64,000 bases of DNA. It comes from Octopus bimaculoides. Taxonomy: Eukaryota. Under the pieces are notes generated by a model. That model searched no databases. It saw nothing but the letters and a program-made list of their open reading frames with translations, and was not told the DNA's origin. The translations under genes were made by a program, and so were the position numbers. The stretch spans positions 5,415,306 through 5,479,305 of the forward strand of contig NC_068988.1 of NCBI RefSeq assembly GCF_001194135.2, written 5' to 3'. Position 1 is the first letter of the stretch; every line of letters starts with the position of its first letter. Below are positions 1-12,353 of the stretch, in pieces.

Positions 1-932
1 ATATATATATATATATGGACAACAGACGTTAAATGATGATATATAAAATTACAATGATCAGTTGCTGGTAATCACAGGCAAACAAAAAGTATTAAGTATT
101 CAATATATGGCTAATGCAGAATGAAAAGCTAATTTATGTGAGGAAAAAAAAATCATCATTTACTGTTTCATAAATACACTTTAAATGGTTGAGTAGGATT
201 GAAGCAAAGCTGAAATGCAAATGAAGTCAAAATCAAAAGATAAAAGCAAATAATGCTTAAGGTCATAAGCATCAATGTAGAGTTAACATTAATTGGTTTT
301 ACAACAATTAATTATGGTGAGGGGAAAGACACGTTAGACATAAATTAAGGAGATGAAATTTTATATGAATGTTTATGCATTGTTCTTTCCATTACAGTTG
401 ATGATTCATGCATACAGAAATGCTGGTGTTTGTTAGTTTTTATACGAAGATGGCCGGATTGTAAAATGTCTACAACCTATTTGCACAAGTTGTTGCATTG
501 TTGGCTAATGATTTTGTTGAGAAATATAAAATACTTAAATTACAATTAAAATATGGGGTAGAAGAATATGAAAGTTTGGAGATAGTTTTATTAAGAATCT
601 GGTGGATTTTATGGTGTAAGGTGAAAGTGTTTCTTCTTTGCAACCAAGCATATTTCCTTTCCTATTGTTTTGTATTGGTCAGTAGGAAGCAGTTGTCAAC
701 AGATTTTATCCTTAGAGCTGCTTTTGACAAACACTTCATTATTGAGATGTGTGTGAAAATGTCTTTCTATTAAAACAGTAATTGGGAAAACAAAATGAGA
801 AATGAGGTTGTGCTTAGGATGTCTTTGCATATATATAATTTGTAGTACAGGTAATAAAATAATTTATATATACAAACACACACATATATATATATCTTAC
901 ATTGACTCCAGTACTCAGCTGGTACTTATTTT

Positions 933-1486
933 GGATCTTTTTTAAAACGGGGGCCACATTTTTCATTAATGTTTTACGTAGTGTTTTTGGTACCGAAAGA
1001 CTTTCAAACTTCGTATACTTATCTATTTTGTGTTATAGAACAGAAAAATATTTTTGTATTCGAATTTATTTCATGTAAAAAATTGTCTTATTTCGATAAT
1101 TTCAACCAATCACTGACGTCCATTCAGTCGATATACATTAAGTGCCGACTACATAAACAAACGATTCTTCGTTTTATTTGCTTTTTTCATTTTAAATTTG
1201 ATTTAACCCTAACCCTAACTCTAACCCTAGGGTTAGGGTTAGGGTTAATTGTTTCAGAATCGTTTGTTTATGTAGTCGGCACTTAATGTATATCGGCTGA
1301 ATGGACGTCAGTGATTGGTTGAAATTACAGAAATACGACAACTTTAACATGGAATAATTTATGGATTTCTTTTTTTTTTAAGAAGATTAAGAGAAAAAGA
1401 TGTTTTATATGACACATTCTACCAGTGTTCCAAGTTTCAAAGTGTTTCGTTAATGAAAAATGTGGCCCCCGTTTTAAAAAAGATCC
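933..1486. mobile_element. Non-autonomous TIR element (MITE), Merlin-like (GG termini, 8-bp TSD), with an internal telomere-repeat palindrome
   Basis: Perfect 37-bp TIR (933-969 / 1450-1486); TSD CTTATTTT at 925-932 and 1487-1494; inserted into a minus-strand SINE. Confidence 0.8.
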
Positions 1487-1617
1487 CTTATTTTATCAAC
1501 CCCCAAACGATGAAAAGCAAAGTCAACCTCAACAGAATTTGAACTCAGAACAAGACATGAAATACTGACAAGCATTTTGCCCAGTGTGTTAATGATCCTG
1601 CCAGTTTGCCACCTTAA

Positions 1618-1894
1618 CCCATTACCAACCAGTGACCTCATATGAGATCACTTAAAAATTACAAATTTCCTAATCATCTGTCAATATTTACACATATCTA
1701 ACCTTTTTGCTATATCTACTAGGTATATTTCTCTGATATTCAAATGAGGTTTGCTAATTTTTCACCCAATATCTCGCTTATTTCTATTTAAAATGTTATT
1801 TTGATTATTCCAGCGTGTTTCTAAGGCTGTTTTATGCTAGAAATCAAAGTTTCATAAAAAAATTCCAGTTAATAGAATTATGGGAGGTAATGGG
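1618..1894. mobile_element. piggyBac-type MITE
   Basis: TTAA|CCCATTACC ... GGTAATGGG|TTAA; TTAA at 1614-1617 and 1895-1898. Confidence 0.7.
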
Positions 1895-3266
1895 TTAAGA
1901 TATCATCATCATCATCATCATAACAACCAATTTTCTTTGTTTGCATGAGTCAGATGAAATTTGTTGAAGCAGATTTTCTATGCCCAGATGACCTTCTTGT
2001 TGCCAATCATCACCCGTTTCCAGGTTAGATAATATTTCTCCGTATCATCCTAATACGTTCTTGCAGAATATTGAAAATGAATGATACTGCTTCTGTGGCA
2101 GTAATAAACATTTACAACTATCACCCGATGTCAAGGCAATGAGACACAAACACATATACATGCTCACACACACACTTATCTACTTCTATATCCATGAACT
2201 TTTAAAACTATTTTAACTATAAACTTATTACAGTAAATTCAATTTCCTTACACCTCCTTCTACTCTACTATCTTTTCTTATATTATTTAATCTTGTTTTG
2301 TTTTATTTTATTTCAACTTCCTCTTTTACCTTTCCTAACGTCTACTTATGGCATTATCCTGTTATCTTTATATATATATATATATTTACAATTAAAAGGG
2401 TAAAGGTTTATCAATTTATTAATTTATTAATAAATTAACAATTAATAATTTTTACCAAGCCCTTCGGTATGTAAACACCATTATAAGTATATATATATAT
2501 ATATAAATGTATGATGATATATATACATATAAATCATTGCTCCCCAACTATATGGTTCAAGGTTCAGCTCAACAATGTGGCACCTTGAGCGAGTAGTTTC
2601 TACTATAGCCACAGGCCCATCAAAGCTTTGTGAGTGGATTTTGTAGATGAAAACTGAAAGAAGCCAGTCATATATCATCATCATCATTTAGCATCCATTG
2701 TCCATGTTGGCATGGGTTGGACAGTTTGACCAAGGCTAGTAAGCTGAGGGGTTGCACATCTTTGAACAGGGCCTGGGGCTCAATTCAGACAGTTATTTGA
2801 AGCAGCTGGACGCTGTAGTCAAAGTCTGGATTGGAGAGGGTTGCTGTTGGACACGGACACACACACACACACAGAGTGAACCCTCGTTAAACCTTACTAA
2901 TAATAGAAAGGTTGTCCGTTTTAACCAGTTGTCTGAGTTCACTGACATCATCATCATCATTATCATTTAACATCCGTTTTCCATGCTGGCATGGGTTGGA
3001 CAGTTTGACAGGGGATGGCCAGCTGAAGTTCAGGCTCCCTGTCTCTTTTGGCAAGGTTTCTACAGCTGGATGCCCAGCAGAGTTAATATTTGAGGCATAA
3101 TGACAGTTTAATTTGATGTTGCAAATCATAATTATGTTAAGGATATAATTTAAAAGCAAAAAATTATTTCAAAGTTTTTTTTTTTTTTGTGGTGGTGGTC
3201 GGGGGGAGGGAGGGGCAGGGAATACAAAATAAAATATATGAAAAGACATTGTCAAGAGATTATTGC

Positions 3267-4252
3267 TTAATAGAGAGTTTGGGTTTCTTGAGTAATAAAT
3301 AGTTCATCATCCACACTATCTCTACTGTCACTAACAAGAGCTGTTAACATTTTGGATCCAGAGTCAACTGTGTCTCCTGTAAGGGGTCTGATATTTTCTC
3401 TGACATCTGTTTTTCCTGCTCCCTGAAATCTCCAATGAAAATCCTTCAAAATCATTTTCTACTTTGTACAGAAGTAGTTTCCGTTTGGCTAGACTCATTC
3501 ATCTTCAGTGCCTTTCATGAAGCTGCTAAATTGAATATTGCCGACTTGAAGCTAAAATTCTTAATGTTTTTGTAAGTTCTTTGTTTTTATGTGTCTTATA
3601 TTGCAACACAACACTGACAAACATTCCTTAATTTATAACCAGGTAGTCAAAGTTTTTTATTCTTAAAGGTTTGGGTATTTCAGGATAGTGACTGCCAATA
3701 CTACCCAGTCTCATCTCCATTCTACACTTGGAAAAACAGGAACCTTTCTCATTTAGGTCATTTAACTTCTTCCTGAATGATTTGATTTCCTTAGTTGGTA
3801 TGCTGCCTGCTTCACCATGGGTAATCTTATTACCAGTACCATGATGATTTCTAAAACTACCCATCACTAGCTTCAATATTCTTGATGCTCACATGTGGTA
3901 AACTAGCTTAGCAGCAGCATCTTAAGTTCCTACATCACAGATGTTGTTGCTTTGTGATTGTTGATCGTTTAACTATCTTATTACTGCTTTAACTTTTGTA
4001 TCTTTGCAACGCCCATACACTTCCTTGCACTAACAGCTGATGCTTTAGAATTTGCTTCAATGAAAATACAGAGAGTTTGTCCTCAGCTTTACATATGTCC
4101 AAAGTTGTTTGCTTTTCAACATCATACACTTCAAATATATTCGTCATTGCAGTACTTGCCTCTAACTCCCTTATAAGTTGCAGTTTTTGATTCACAGATG
4201 AGATCACATGCTTCTTCTTCCGAATTATTACTATCTCTTGAAAATATAACAT
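3267..4252 (-). mobile_element. Degraded pogo/Tigger-type transposase (CENP-B-like HTH domains)
   Basis: Fragments RKKKHVISSVNQKLQLIRELE...EKQTTLDICKAEDKL (HTH_psq-like) and FRNHHGTGNKITHGEAGS (second HTH); stops and frameshifts. Confidence 0.65.
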
Positions 4253-5602
4253 ACAAGGCTAACATAAATTGGGTTGTGTTACATACAATGGTTGTCTCCA
4301 TAGCATGCACTGTGTTGTGCCTAATAATCTAGCATTGCTTAAAATACATATACACTCTCTGATCAGTTCAATTAGACTTAATCCTGCAATCTGAATGTGT
4401 ATTATTAAAATTGAAAACAAATTACATCCATGATGCTGAAAGATCAGAATGATTGTAAAGAAATTATGTTTCAATTAATAAATTTCATGTAGTGTTTATT
4501 AGAGGGGTGTGATGGGGAAGAAAAAGAGTAAGTTGTATATAAAAGACAATATGGAGAGAGAAACATGGAGGAGAGAGAAACATGGAGGAGAGGATGAATG
4601 GATTCATACAGTAGTGAATTAAAGGTCAGTTAGTTTGGGGAAGTTAGAAAAGAAGGGTAGCTTTGTGAGAAGGGAGTAAAAGTGAATGATAAATACAATA
4701 TGGACCTTCAGTCCTTATTTTTCTTGTACTTTGTTTAAACTACCACAATACAAGTAACTATGAGATATTTATGTCTAAGTCCACATTGAAGTCTCATAGC
4801 AGGAGAAAGAAACACTAACTTTCTATTATAATGCATATGAGAGCCATGCAAAGTGGGAGATCATCATCATCGTCGTTTAATGTCCGCCTTCCATGCTAGC
4901 ATGGGTTGGATGATTTGACTGAGGACTGGCGAACCAGAAGGCTGCACCAAGCTCCAATCTGATCTGGCAGAGTTTCTACAGCTGGATGCCCTTCCAAGGC
5001 ATGGGGTACATTAGAGCTCGGTTTTTGGCTTCCTCCTGTATTACACTCCTCCTCCAAGTTAGGAAAGAGGTGTTTTAGACAAGATGTCCGTGTGAACTCC
5101 GATACACTAATGACCTATAAGTTCTTATAAGTGAATCTGAAGCAGAAAAAAAAAAAAAATCCAGACACAGAAAGAAAACCTAGAATTGAGAAGCCTCAAA
5201 GTAAACTTAGTAAAGAGTAAAGTAAGCAAGCAAGAAGATAAGATTCTGCTATCATAAGAGAAATGCCCTTGCTTAATCTGTAGCAAAAGGTAGGCAGGTA
5301 TTCTGTTTGGTGTAAACTATGAATGTACAAGAAGTGTAGAGGGATCACAGTTAACAGAGAAGGCAGACTTCACATGTGGCACATGCACAGGGGCAATAAA
5401 GACTGAGAATACACGCAAAATAGACTCTCTCCAAATGTCTAGATGGTGCTCTAAAGTAGTTGATAGTTTCTGTTACCTAGTAGACCTAATTAGCAATCAA
5501 AGAGAGTGATCTGAAAGTATAGTAGCTAGAGTAAGCTCTGGCAAGAAAAGTACAAGAAGTTATTATCTTCATATACAGGAAGCTACATTGGACCAATTCT
5601 GC

Positions 5603-6101
5603 AGCATTCCTTTGATATAACTCGACAAAATCAAAACATTTGACATTTGACTTTGGGTATTTCCATGCCAAATGACAGTTGCCGAAATGGGAGGAGAGAA
5701 GAAAGTTAATGGGTTGTGTATGTGTACTTGTTCTTGTCTGTGTCTGTATGTGTGTATGCTTGTTCTTGTCTGTGTCTGTGCGTGCTTGTTCTTGTCTGTG
5801 TGTGCGCGTGCTTGTTCTTGTCTGTGTGTGTGCCTGTTCAGTTTTTATGTATTTATGTGTTGTGGAATATAAATATAATGAAATTATGCCAGCAAAGTCT
5901 TTCTCATTTTATACTTGAAGAAAAAAAAAGCCTTGCATATTTGTTCTTACCTGCACACAGACAAGAACAAGCACACACACACACAACCCATCAGCTTTCT
6001 TCTCTTCCTCCCATTTCGGCAACTGTCATTTGGCACAAAAATACCCAAAGTCAAATGTTGTCAAATGTTTTGATTTTGTCGAGTCACATCAAAGGAATGC
6101 T
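5603..6101. mobile_element. Foldback/Mutator-like non-autonomous element with about 140-bp TIRs and a 9-bp TSD
   Basis: Arms 5603-~5745 and ~5955-6101 are reverse complements; flanks CAATTCTGC (5594-5602) and CAATCCTGC (6102-6110); internal GCTTGTTCTTGTCTGTGT-type tandem repeats. Confidence 0.7.
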
Positions 6102-6242
6102 CAATCCTGCTCTATACATTCTCCCATCACACGCTCCTCCTCTACTGCCTGTCTCCACTGTCTGCCTCATACTCATGCACCTTTTGTCCCACATATCTTG
6201 AATCCTTATCATCACTCAACCTCTTGGTTTGCATTATCATGT

Positions 6243-6247
<5 letters not shown>

Positions 6248-6286
<39 letters not shown>
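6248..6286. repeat. (GT)n microsatellite; further (GT/CA)n, (TA)n and (CAT)n tracts at about 1-16, 6669-6693, 6871-6950, 25709-25760, 32969-32995 and 52741-52768
   Basis: Directly visible simple repeats. Confidence 0.95.
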
Positions 6287-6668
6287 ATGTATGTTTCTAT
6301 ATCAGGATATGCAATTCATGCATCTATCTTTCAGGCATTTCACTTCATAGGGAGGATGGTGGGTGAGCAGAGATGTGGGATTGTGAGGGTCCTTTAGTTG
6401 AGTTGAGGTCATGGCTAGCGCCGGTGCCAGAGAAACACCCAGTACACTTTGCAAAGTGTAAGATTGTGATAACGCTTCGGTCTTGTTGAGTATTTGACAC
6501 TTCTCTAATGATGGTATCACAAAAAAAAAAGCACCCATTATACTCGACAAAGTAGCAAATGTTAGGAAGGGCATTCTGCTGTAGAAGCAAAATCAAAAAT
6601 AAAATGTGAATAAGTATGGAAAGTAGACATAAAATCATGGTTAGAATGATGACATGCATACATATTGA

Positions 6669-6699
<31 letters not shown>

Positions 6700-6870
6700 G
6701 CAGGCATGGCTGTGTGATTAAGAAGTTTGCTTTGCAACCAGATGGCTTTGAGTTCAATCCTAAAGCACAGGACCTTAGAGCTCTGGTCTAACAAAACCTT
6801 ATGAATGAATATGGGACACAGAAACTTGCAGAAGCCAATCATGTATATATGCATGTGTGCAAGAATACCT

Positions 6871-6903
<33 letters not shown>

Positions 6904-7099
6904 TCAGTCTCTCTCTGTCTCTCACACACATACACACACACACACACACAAGCGCGCGGGGCATGAAATCAAGTTCTGATTTGTTTGTATCCTAGAGTTG
7001 ATTTCATAATCAAAAACCCTTCAAGTGGTGTATACACCAGTCGAGCAAATTATATGCATTAAAACTTGTTCCAGTGAAGTACAGCAATGCTAAAAGAAT

Positions 7100-8950
7100 T
7101 ATTAACCGCAGATATGGGAAAATTCTCGTGAAGTGCTGAAATAAAAGGGTTTGAGTAAACAAATTACGGAGAAACAAAAGGAATCAGACACTGAAAAGGA
7201 AATAAAATACTGCTATGGTGAGAAAACAGAAAGGAAAGATGTGGGCAAGAAAACGTAAAGACCAGTCCAAAAGTTTTCTACAACTTTTAAAAGAATCAAA
7301 CTCTGAGCACCACTGTTTGAAGGAAGTGATTCACTGATTCTAAATGTTCAGCACACCATTGATACACAAATATCTGAACCCAGAGTTTTTAACAAAACAT
7401 GGGGCCCTACATTCAAAAGGCTTCAACCATCAATTGCATAAGCCTAAAAGAAAGTGATGTAATAGCTGTCGTAGACAAAATGAGTAGAAACTCAGCAACT
7501 GGTTCTGATGACTTCCCAACAATTCCTAAAAACATGTATAAAGAAAAACATTCGGCAAATCACTTTAGTTATTTTTCAAAATCTTTCTGAAGACTGGCAA
7601 AAATCACCCAAAACCTGAAGACAGATATGCATCAAACCCAGAAAGAAGGAAGTAGAACAGAAGAAAAAATATTGCAGCTCTGTCTCTTTGTCTCCACACA
7701 TATCAATGTCATGGAATGTATAACCAAGGAGAATTTGATATTGTTCTTACAGGAAAATGGCTTACTGGATAATAACCAGCATGGTTTTTGGCCAAAGCAG
7801 AAGCTGCTTCACACAACTTCTGCTGCAACAGCTACTTGACAAATCCAATGTTGATGTAATATATGTAGGCTTTACAAAGTCAATCAAGGGACAATACAGA
7901 CTTTGCAACCTAAGTACAGTCAGAAAACTAAGAGAGTGAAATGACTTCCTAAAAGGCAGAAGTCAGATTGCTGCAACCAACAGTTCCCTCTCTGCAAAAT
8001 CATCTGTTTCAAGCAGGATACTACAGGATATGGTCTTAGGGTCACATTAATGTTTGTAACAGTGTTATCACATTTATCCTTGGTTGTCAACATAGAACCA
8101 CAGCCTATGCAATGTTGAAAATACAAATACATGAAAAGATATAAAAACTCTAAAGGGTATTGAAACTTTAGAGAAGGGCTGAAGAAAACAAAATGAAATT
8201 CAACAGATGCAAGTTTCATGTGTTTTGTTACTAGTCCTCCAATACAGAATATAGATACAAAGGACTGGAAGGAAGTACATAAAACAGAATCAAACACTGC
8301 ATGGGAACTGTGAATTGTAATGAGTAACAATACAACATTCTACATGGACATTTGGAAAATAGTAGAAATATGCAGAAAATTCATAGGATCAATTCTGAGA
8401 ACAATGAGAACAAGAGAATATATTAGTTCTGTGGTTGACCTTTGTTCTTAGACATATGGTCAGTATAGACTGCCAAGCTCAATATTGAACTGGAAGCAAA
8501 CCAAACAAACCACAAAAAAATAGATTGATACCCAAATGCATTTATTGAAAGACTCTGAAAGAATATTATGCAATCATCTATATCTGGGAAATTCTAAAGG
8601 GATTGGTGCAAAAAAAAGTTTGGCATTCAAATTACACAAATACTAAACCATCATATTGCTGCCTACTCTTTCTAAAATGAGAACATTGTATTGCAACAGG
8701 CTGGGATTCAAGGGTCTATAGCTCTTCAATGTTTTCCTGCAAAACACAAGTAGTACGTGAAGAGTGGGTGTTAGCACTATCAAAATTGCATTAGATATGC
8801 AGCAGTACACAATCCCTGATGAATTTGTATTAAGGCAAGTGGCACAACTAACACTGGTAGCATTGAACTCTCATTCATCCTATACTGAGCACAAGGCTCA
8901 GACATACATCATAACCACACATTTATGGAAACACATCTACTCTCCAAATT
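7100..8950 (+). mobile_element. Highly degraded CR1/L2-like LINE reverse transcriptase remnant
   Basis: Fragments LLDNNQHGF and DKSNVDVIYVGFTKS (cf. NQHGF, VDxIYLDFxKAFD); many stops. Confidence 0.6.
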
Positions 8951-9081
8951 ACACAAACAAAACTTGTAAATATAAACATTTCAATTAAGTAACAATGAAC
9001 CTTTTTGCTTTACTTTGTCAGTGATGAAATTTAGTATTTCATCACTGATGGGGACACTATATTTTTCTTACTATGTTATTG

Positions 9082-9463
9082 GGAGGCGCAATGGCCCAGT
9101 GGTTAGGGCAGCGGACTCGCGGTCATAGGATCGCAGTTTCAATTCCCAGACTGGGCGTTGTGAGTGTTTATTGAGCGAAAACACCTAAAGCTCCATGAGG
9201 CTCCGGCAGGGGATGGTGGCGAACCCTGCTGTACTCTTCCACCACAACTTTCTCTCACTCTTTCTTCCCATTTCTGTTGTACCTGTAATTCAAAAGGGTC
9301 AGCCTTGTCACACTGTGTCACGCTAAATATCCCCGAGAACTATGTTAAGGGTACACGTGTCTGTGGAGTGCTCAGCCACTTGCACGTTAATTTCACGAGC
9401 AGGCTGTTCCGTTGATCAGATCAACTGGAACCCTCGACGTCGTAAGCAACGGAGTGCCAACAA
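9082..9463 (+). mobile_element. tRNA-derived SINE, family A (full length)
   Basis: A-box TGGCCCAGTGG and B-box-like GTTTCAATTCC; TSD ACTATGTTA at 9070-9078 and 9464-9472; near-identical copies elsewhere in the window. Confidence 0.85.
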
Positions 9464-10039
9464 ACTATGTTACTGACTGTGTAAATTTAACCTAGAGTCA
9501 GTGAATAAACCAATTATTATACATATTCCACATTTCATTTTACAATGAACTTGATATATCAAAAAAATTTGATTTCCTTTCACGATGTGTGTGTGTGTAT
9601 CCCTGTCTTGATATCGTGTGATGATTTTAAATGAGTATTACCATCATACCGACAATGTTCATTTCCAGTTTCCCATGAAAAATAGGTTTGGTCAAGGGGA
9701 AATATTACTGTTTAGGTTGGTGACAGCAAGGGCATCTGGCCATAGGAAATCTGCCTCAATAAATTCCATTTGACCCATACAAACATGAAAAATGGGAATT
9801 AAATGATGTTAATGATGTCGTCAAAGCATCTATTGTAGAGACATTCAAATATTTTCATACAAACATAGTTTATGTAGCATGGTTAAAAGAATTTGACTTT
9901 GCTGAAATGGAATACAAAAAGCTATTGCAGTATGGTAAAACCATATTTTTTTGCCAATACTACCAGTAATTGAAAGAATACTTACTGCAAACTAGAAATA
10001 CAAAACCCTATTACAATTAGAGAACATAAAAAAAAAAAT

Positions 10040-10670
10040 TTTAATGTGTACTCCATGATGCAAAGGCTTCTCAGAGAAAACTTGAAGAAATGGTGAAAGC
10101 AGAGAAAATGTGAAGAAAGAATTTGAAAGTTTTTATGAAGAATATCTATCATAACTAAAGCAATGGAAAGACAACTTTGAACAGAGAGAAGATTTTGTGT
10201 GGTTAAATTCTGAAAGCACATCTTGACCCGGTTTTCAGAAGTTTGCAATTAAAATCAATCAAGGGATTGGAAAGCAAGTTGTAAACGTTGATAAACTGAT
10301 GTGTTTGTTATTGCAAAGAACTTTTAGGTTTCTAAGGCAAAAGTTTGGGCAACAAAATTTTAAGGATGAAGGAAAGTGGCAAAATATCTTTCGTCAAATA
10401 CAAAAGAAAAAAGTTATATATTAGTAAGAAATCTTAGTGTTTTGGTAGTATACCTTCTTTGTCTTCCTGATATTTCAGCACCCGTTGAATGAGTGTTTTC
10501 TGTAATAAATAATGTGCAGTCAGAAGAAGGAGGTAATGTGGTGGAAGCCTTCTGATCCAACTACGGTGCTTGAAATTTTTCAACAAATTAAATTAAATAT
10601 GACAAATTTGTTAGAAAAGTAGTTTCAAGTGGAAATATGAATGCACTGATGATTAAATAAAATATTTTAC
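10040..10670 (+). mobile_element. Degraded hAT transposase C-terminal remnant
   Basis: Hand translation gives LLCLPDISAPVE*VFSVINNVQSEE, resembling the hAT dimerisation motif LxxPxxSAxxERxFS; upstream frame has YLS*LKQWKDNF and KWQNIF with stops. Confidence 0.6.
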
Positions 10671-12353
10671 GATAAAAACATGAATTTAGCTTGATTTACT
10701 CGACAATATTTTATATGTTCTGTCAAGTGAAGAATTCTCGCTTTGTACATCTTTTGAGTCTGATCACTGACTTAATGTCTCTCTGTCTTTTACTCCATTT
10801 CTCAAACTTCTATGGCATTAAGACAAATTGTACCAGGTCACACATATCACAACAGTACTTAGCCAAATCTGCCTCAATATAAGAAAATATGCAAGTATGT
10901 TAAATCCCTTCCCCAGTGAGAGAAAAGTGATGGAAAGAAGAGAGTCACATTCCATTAGTCCCCACCCAACATGCTACGGTTTGTTTAGACCTTGTGTGAT
11001 ATATACTCAATTGTTCAGGTTTCAACTCACATCATGGCAGCAACTCAGCATAACCACATGGTTCCAGGTTCAGTCCTACTGCATGGCACCTTGGGCAAGT
11101 ACTTTCTGCTATAGTTCTGAGCTGACCAAAGACTTGTGAGTGGATATGGCAGGCAAAAACTGTAAACGTCCATTTCATGCGCGTGCATGTGTGTGCATCT
11201 TTGTCTTGACATAAGATAGTTGTAAATGATTTTCACTGTGACACAAGCAGTGTCATTCATTTCCAATATTCTGTGAAAAAGATGTCTGGCCATGGGGAAA
11301 TATTACCTTATTTGGAAACAGGTGAGGGTTGGCAATAGAAAGAGCATCCAACAATAGAAAATCTGCCTTGACAAACTTTGTCCAACCCATACAAGCATGG
11401 AAAAGTGGACATTAAAACGATCATATTCATACAGACACAGACACGTGTGTGTATGTGTACACATACACACATCATCATTATTATCATTGTCTTTTAACTT
11501 CCATGTTTCATGCTGGTGTGGGTTGGACAGCTTGACAGGATCTGATGGGTCGAAGGACTGTATCATGCTCTGTCAGCTTTGGCATAGTTTCTATGGTTGG
11601 ATGCCCTTCCTAATGCCAACCACTTTACAGAGCATACTGGATGCTTTTCTCATGGTACCAGCACTAGTGAGGTCACCTTGAAACTTCTGAGACTAAGATC
11701 CCCTACAACAGAGTAGGGCTACAAAAGAACAGGTTTCTACTCAAATAATATAAGAGAAGGTGAAAATTACAGGGAAATGGGTGACAGGTGAATATATTAA
11801 ATGAACAAGTTCTGGAGAGAAAGGTAAGGAAGAGTAAATGATGTAAATATTTGGTAAGGTTGAGTGGGGATGTAATGAATGGATAAAGAGTAGGGTGGCC
11901 AAGCAATGATATGTGCTGTTGGAGACTAAGAGATGACTGACAATATAGAAAGGGGTGAAGAACAGCAAAACAGTAATAATTTAGTAAAGAAGAAGAGGGT
12001 GAAATAAAGGGAGATGTGTGGGCAGATAGGTTACAGTGTGACTAGAGAGACAGAGGTAGGGATTGAGTGAGATAGAGGGAGATATAGGACAGGTAGGTAA
12101 AAGAAATGTGAATGAGTGAGAGAGACAGACAGACAGACATACAGTGAGAGTTGATAGGTATGTAAGAGTACACTTACACACACCTATATATATATATTTA
12201 TTTATAGTTGAAATTTACAGAAAAACAAGACAAAGACAGGTGTATAAACAACAAGCAGGTGTATTAGTTTGACACTCTTTAACAGAAAGGAACAAGAGGA
12301 AATAACAGGGAGAAAATAAAAAAAACTTCTGGCGTTAGCGCTATATACATATA

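Noticed and set aside
1203-1248. TTAGGG arrays as a telomere or chromosome-fusion scar
   Set aside because: Only a few units, centred inside a TSD-flanked TIR element.
5486-6947. Cluster of long ORFs (up to 200 aa, Cys/Val- or His/Thr-rich)
   Set aside because: Translations of (GT)n/(CA)n microsatellites and of the foldback element arms; no protein family motifs.
9082-9150. tRNA-like sequences with A/B boxes (also 19856, 32476, 34087, 17462)
   Set aside because: They continue into a shared SINE body with TSDs and lack a complete cloverleaf; SINE heads, not tRNA genes.
9982-9991. ttctAG-TTTGCA-GTAAGT, a possible 6-nt AMD1 microexon on the minus strand
   Set aside because: Encodes nothing matching the expected next AdoMetDC segment and lies beside a hAT relic; likely chance.
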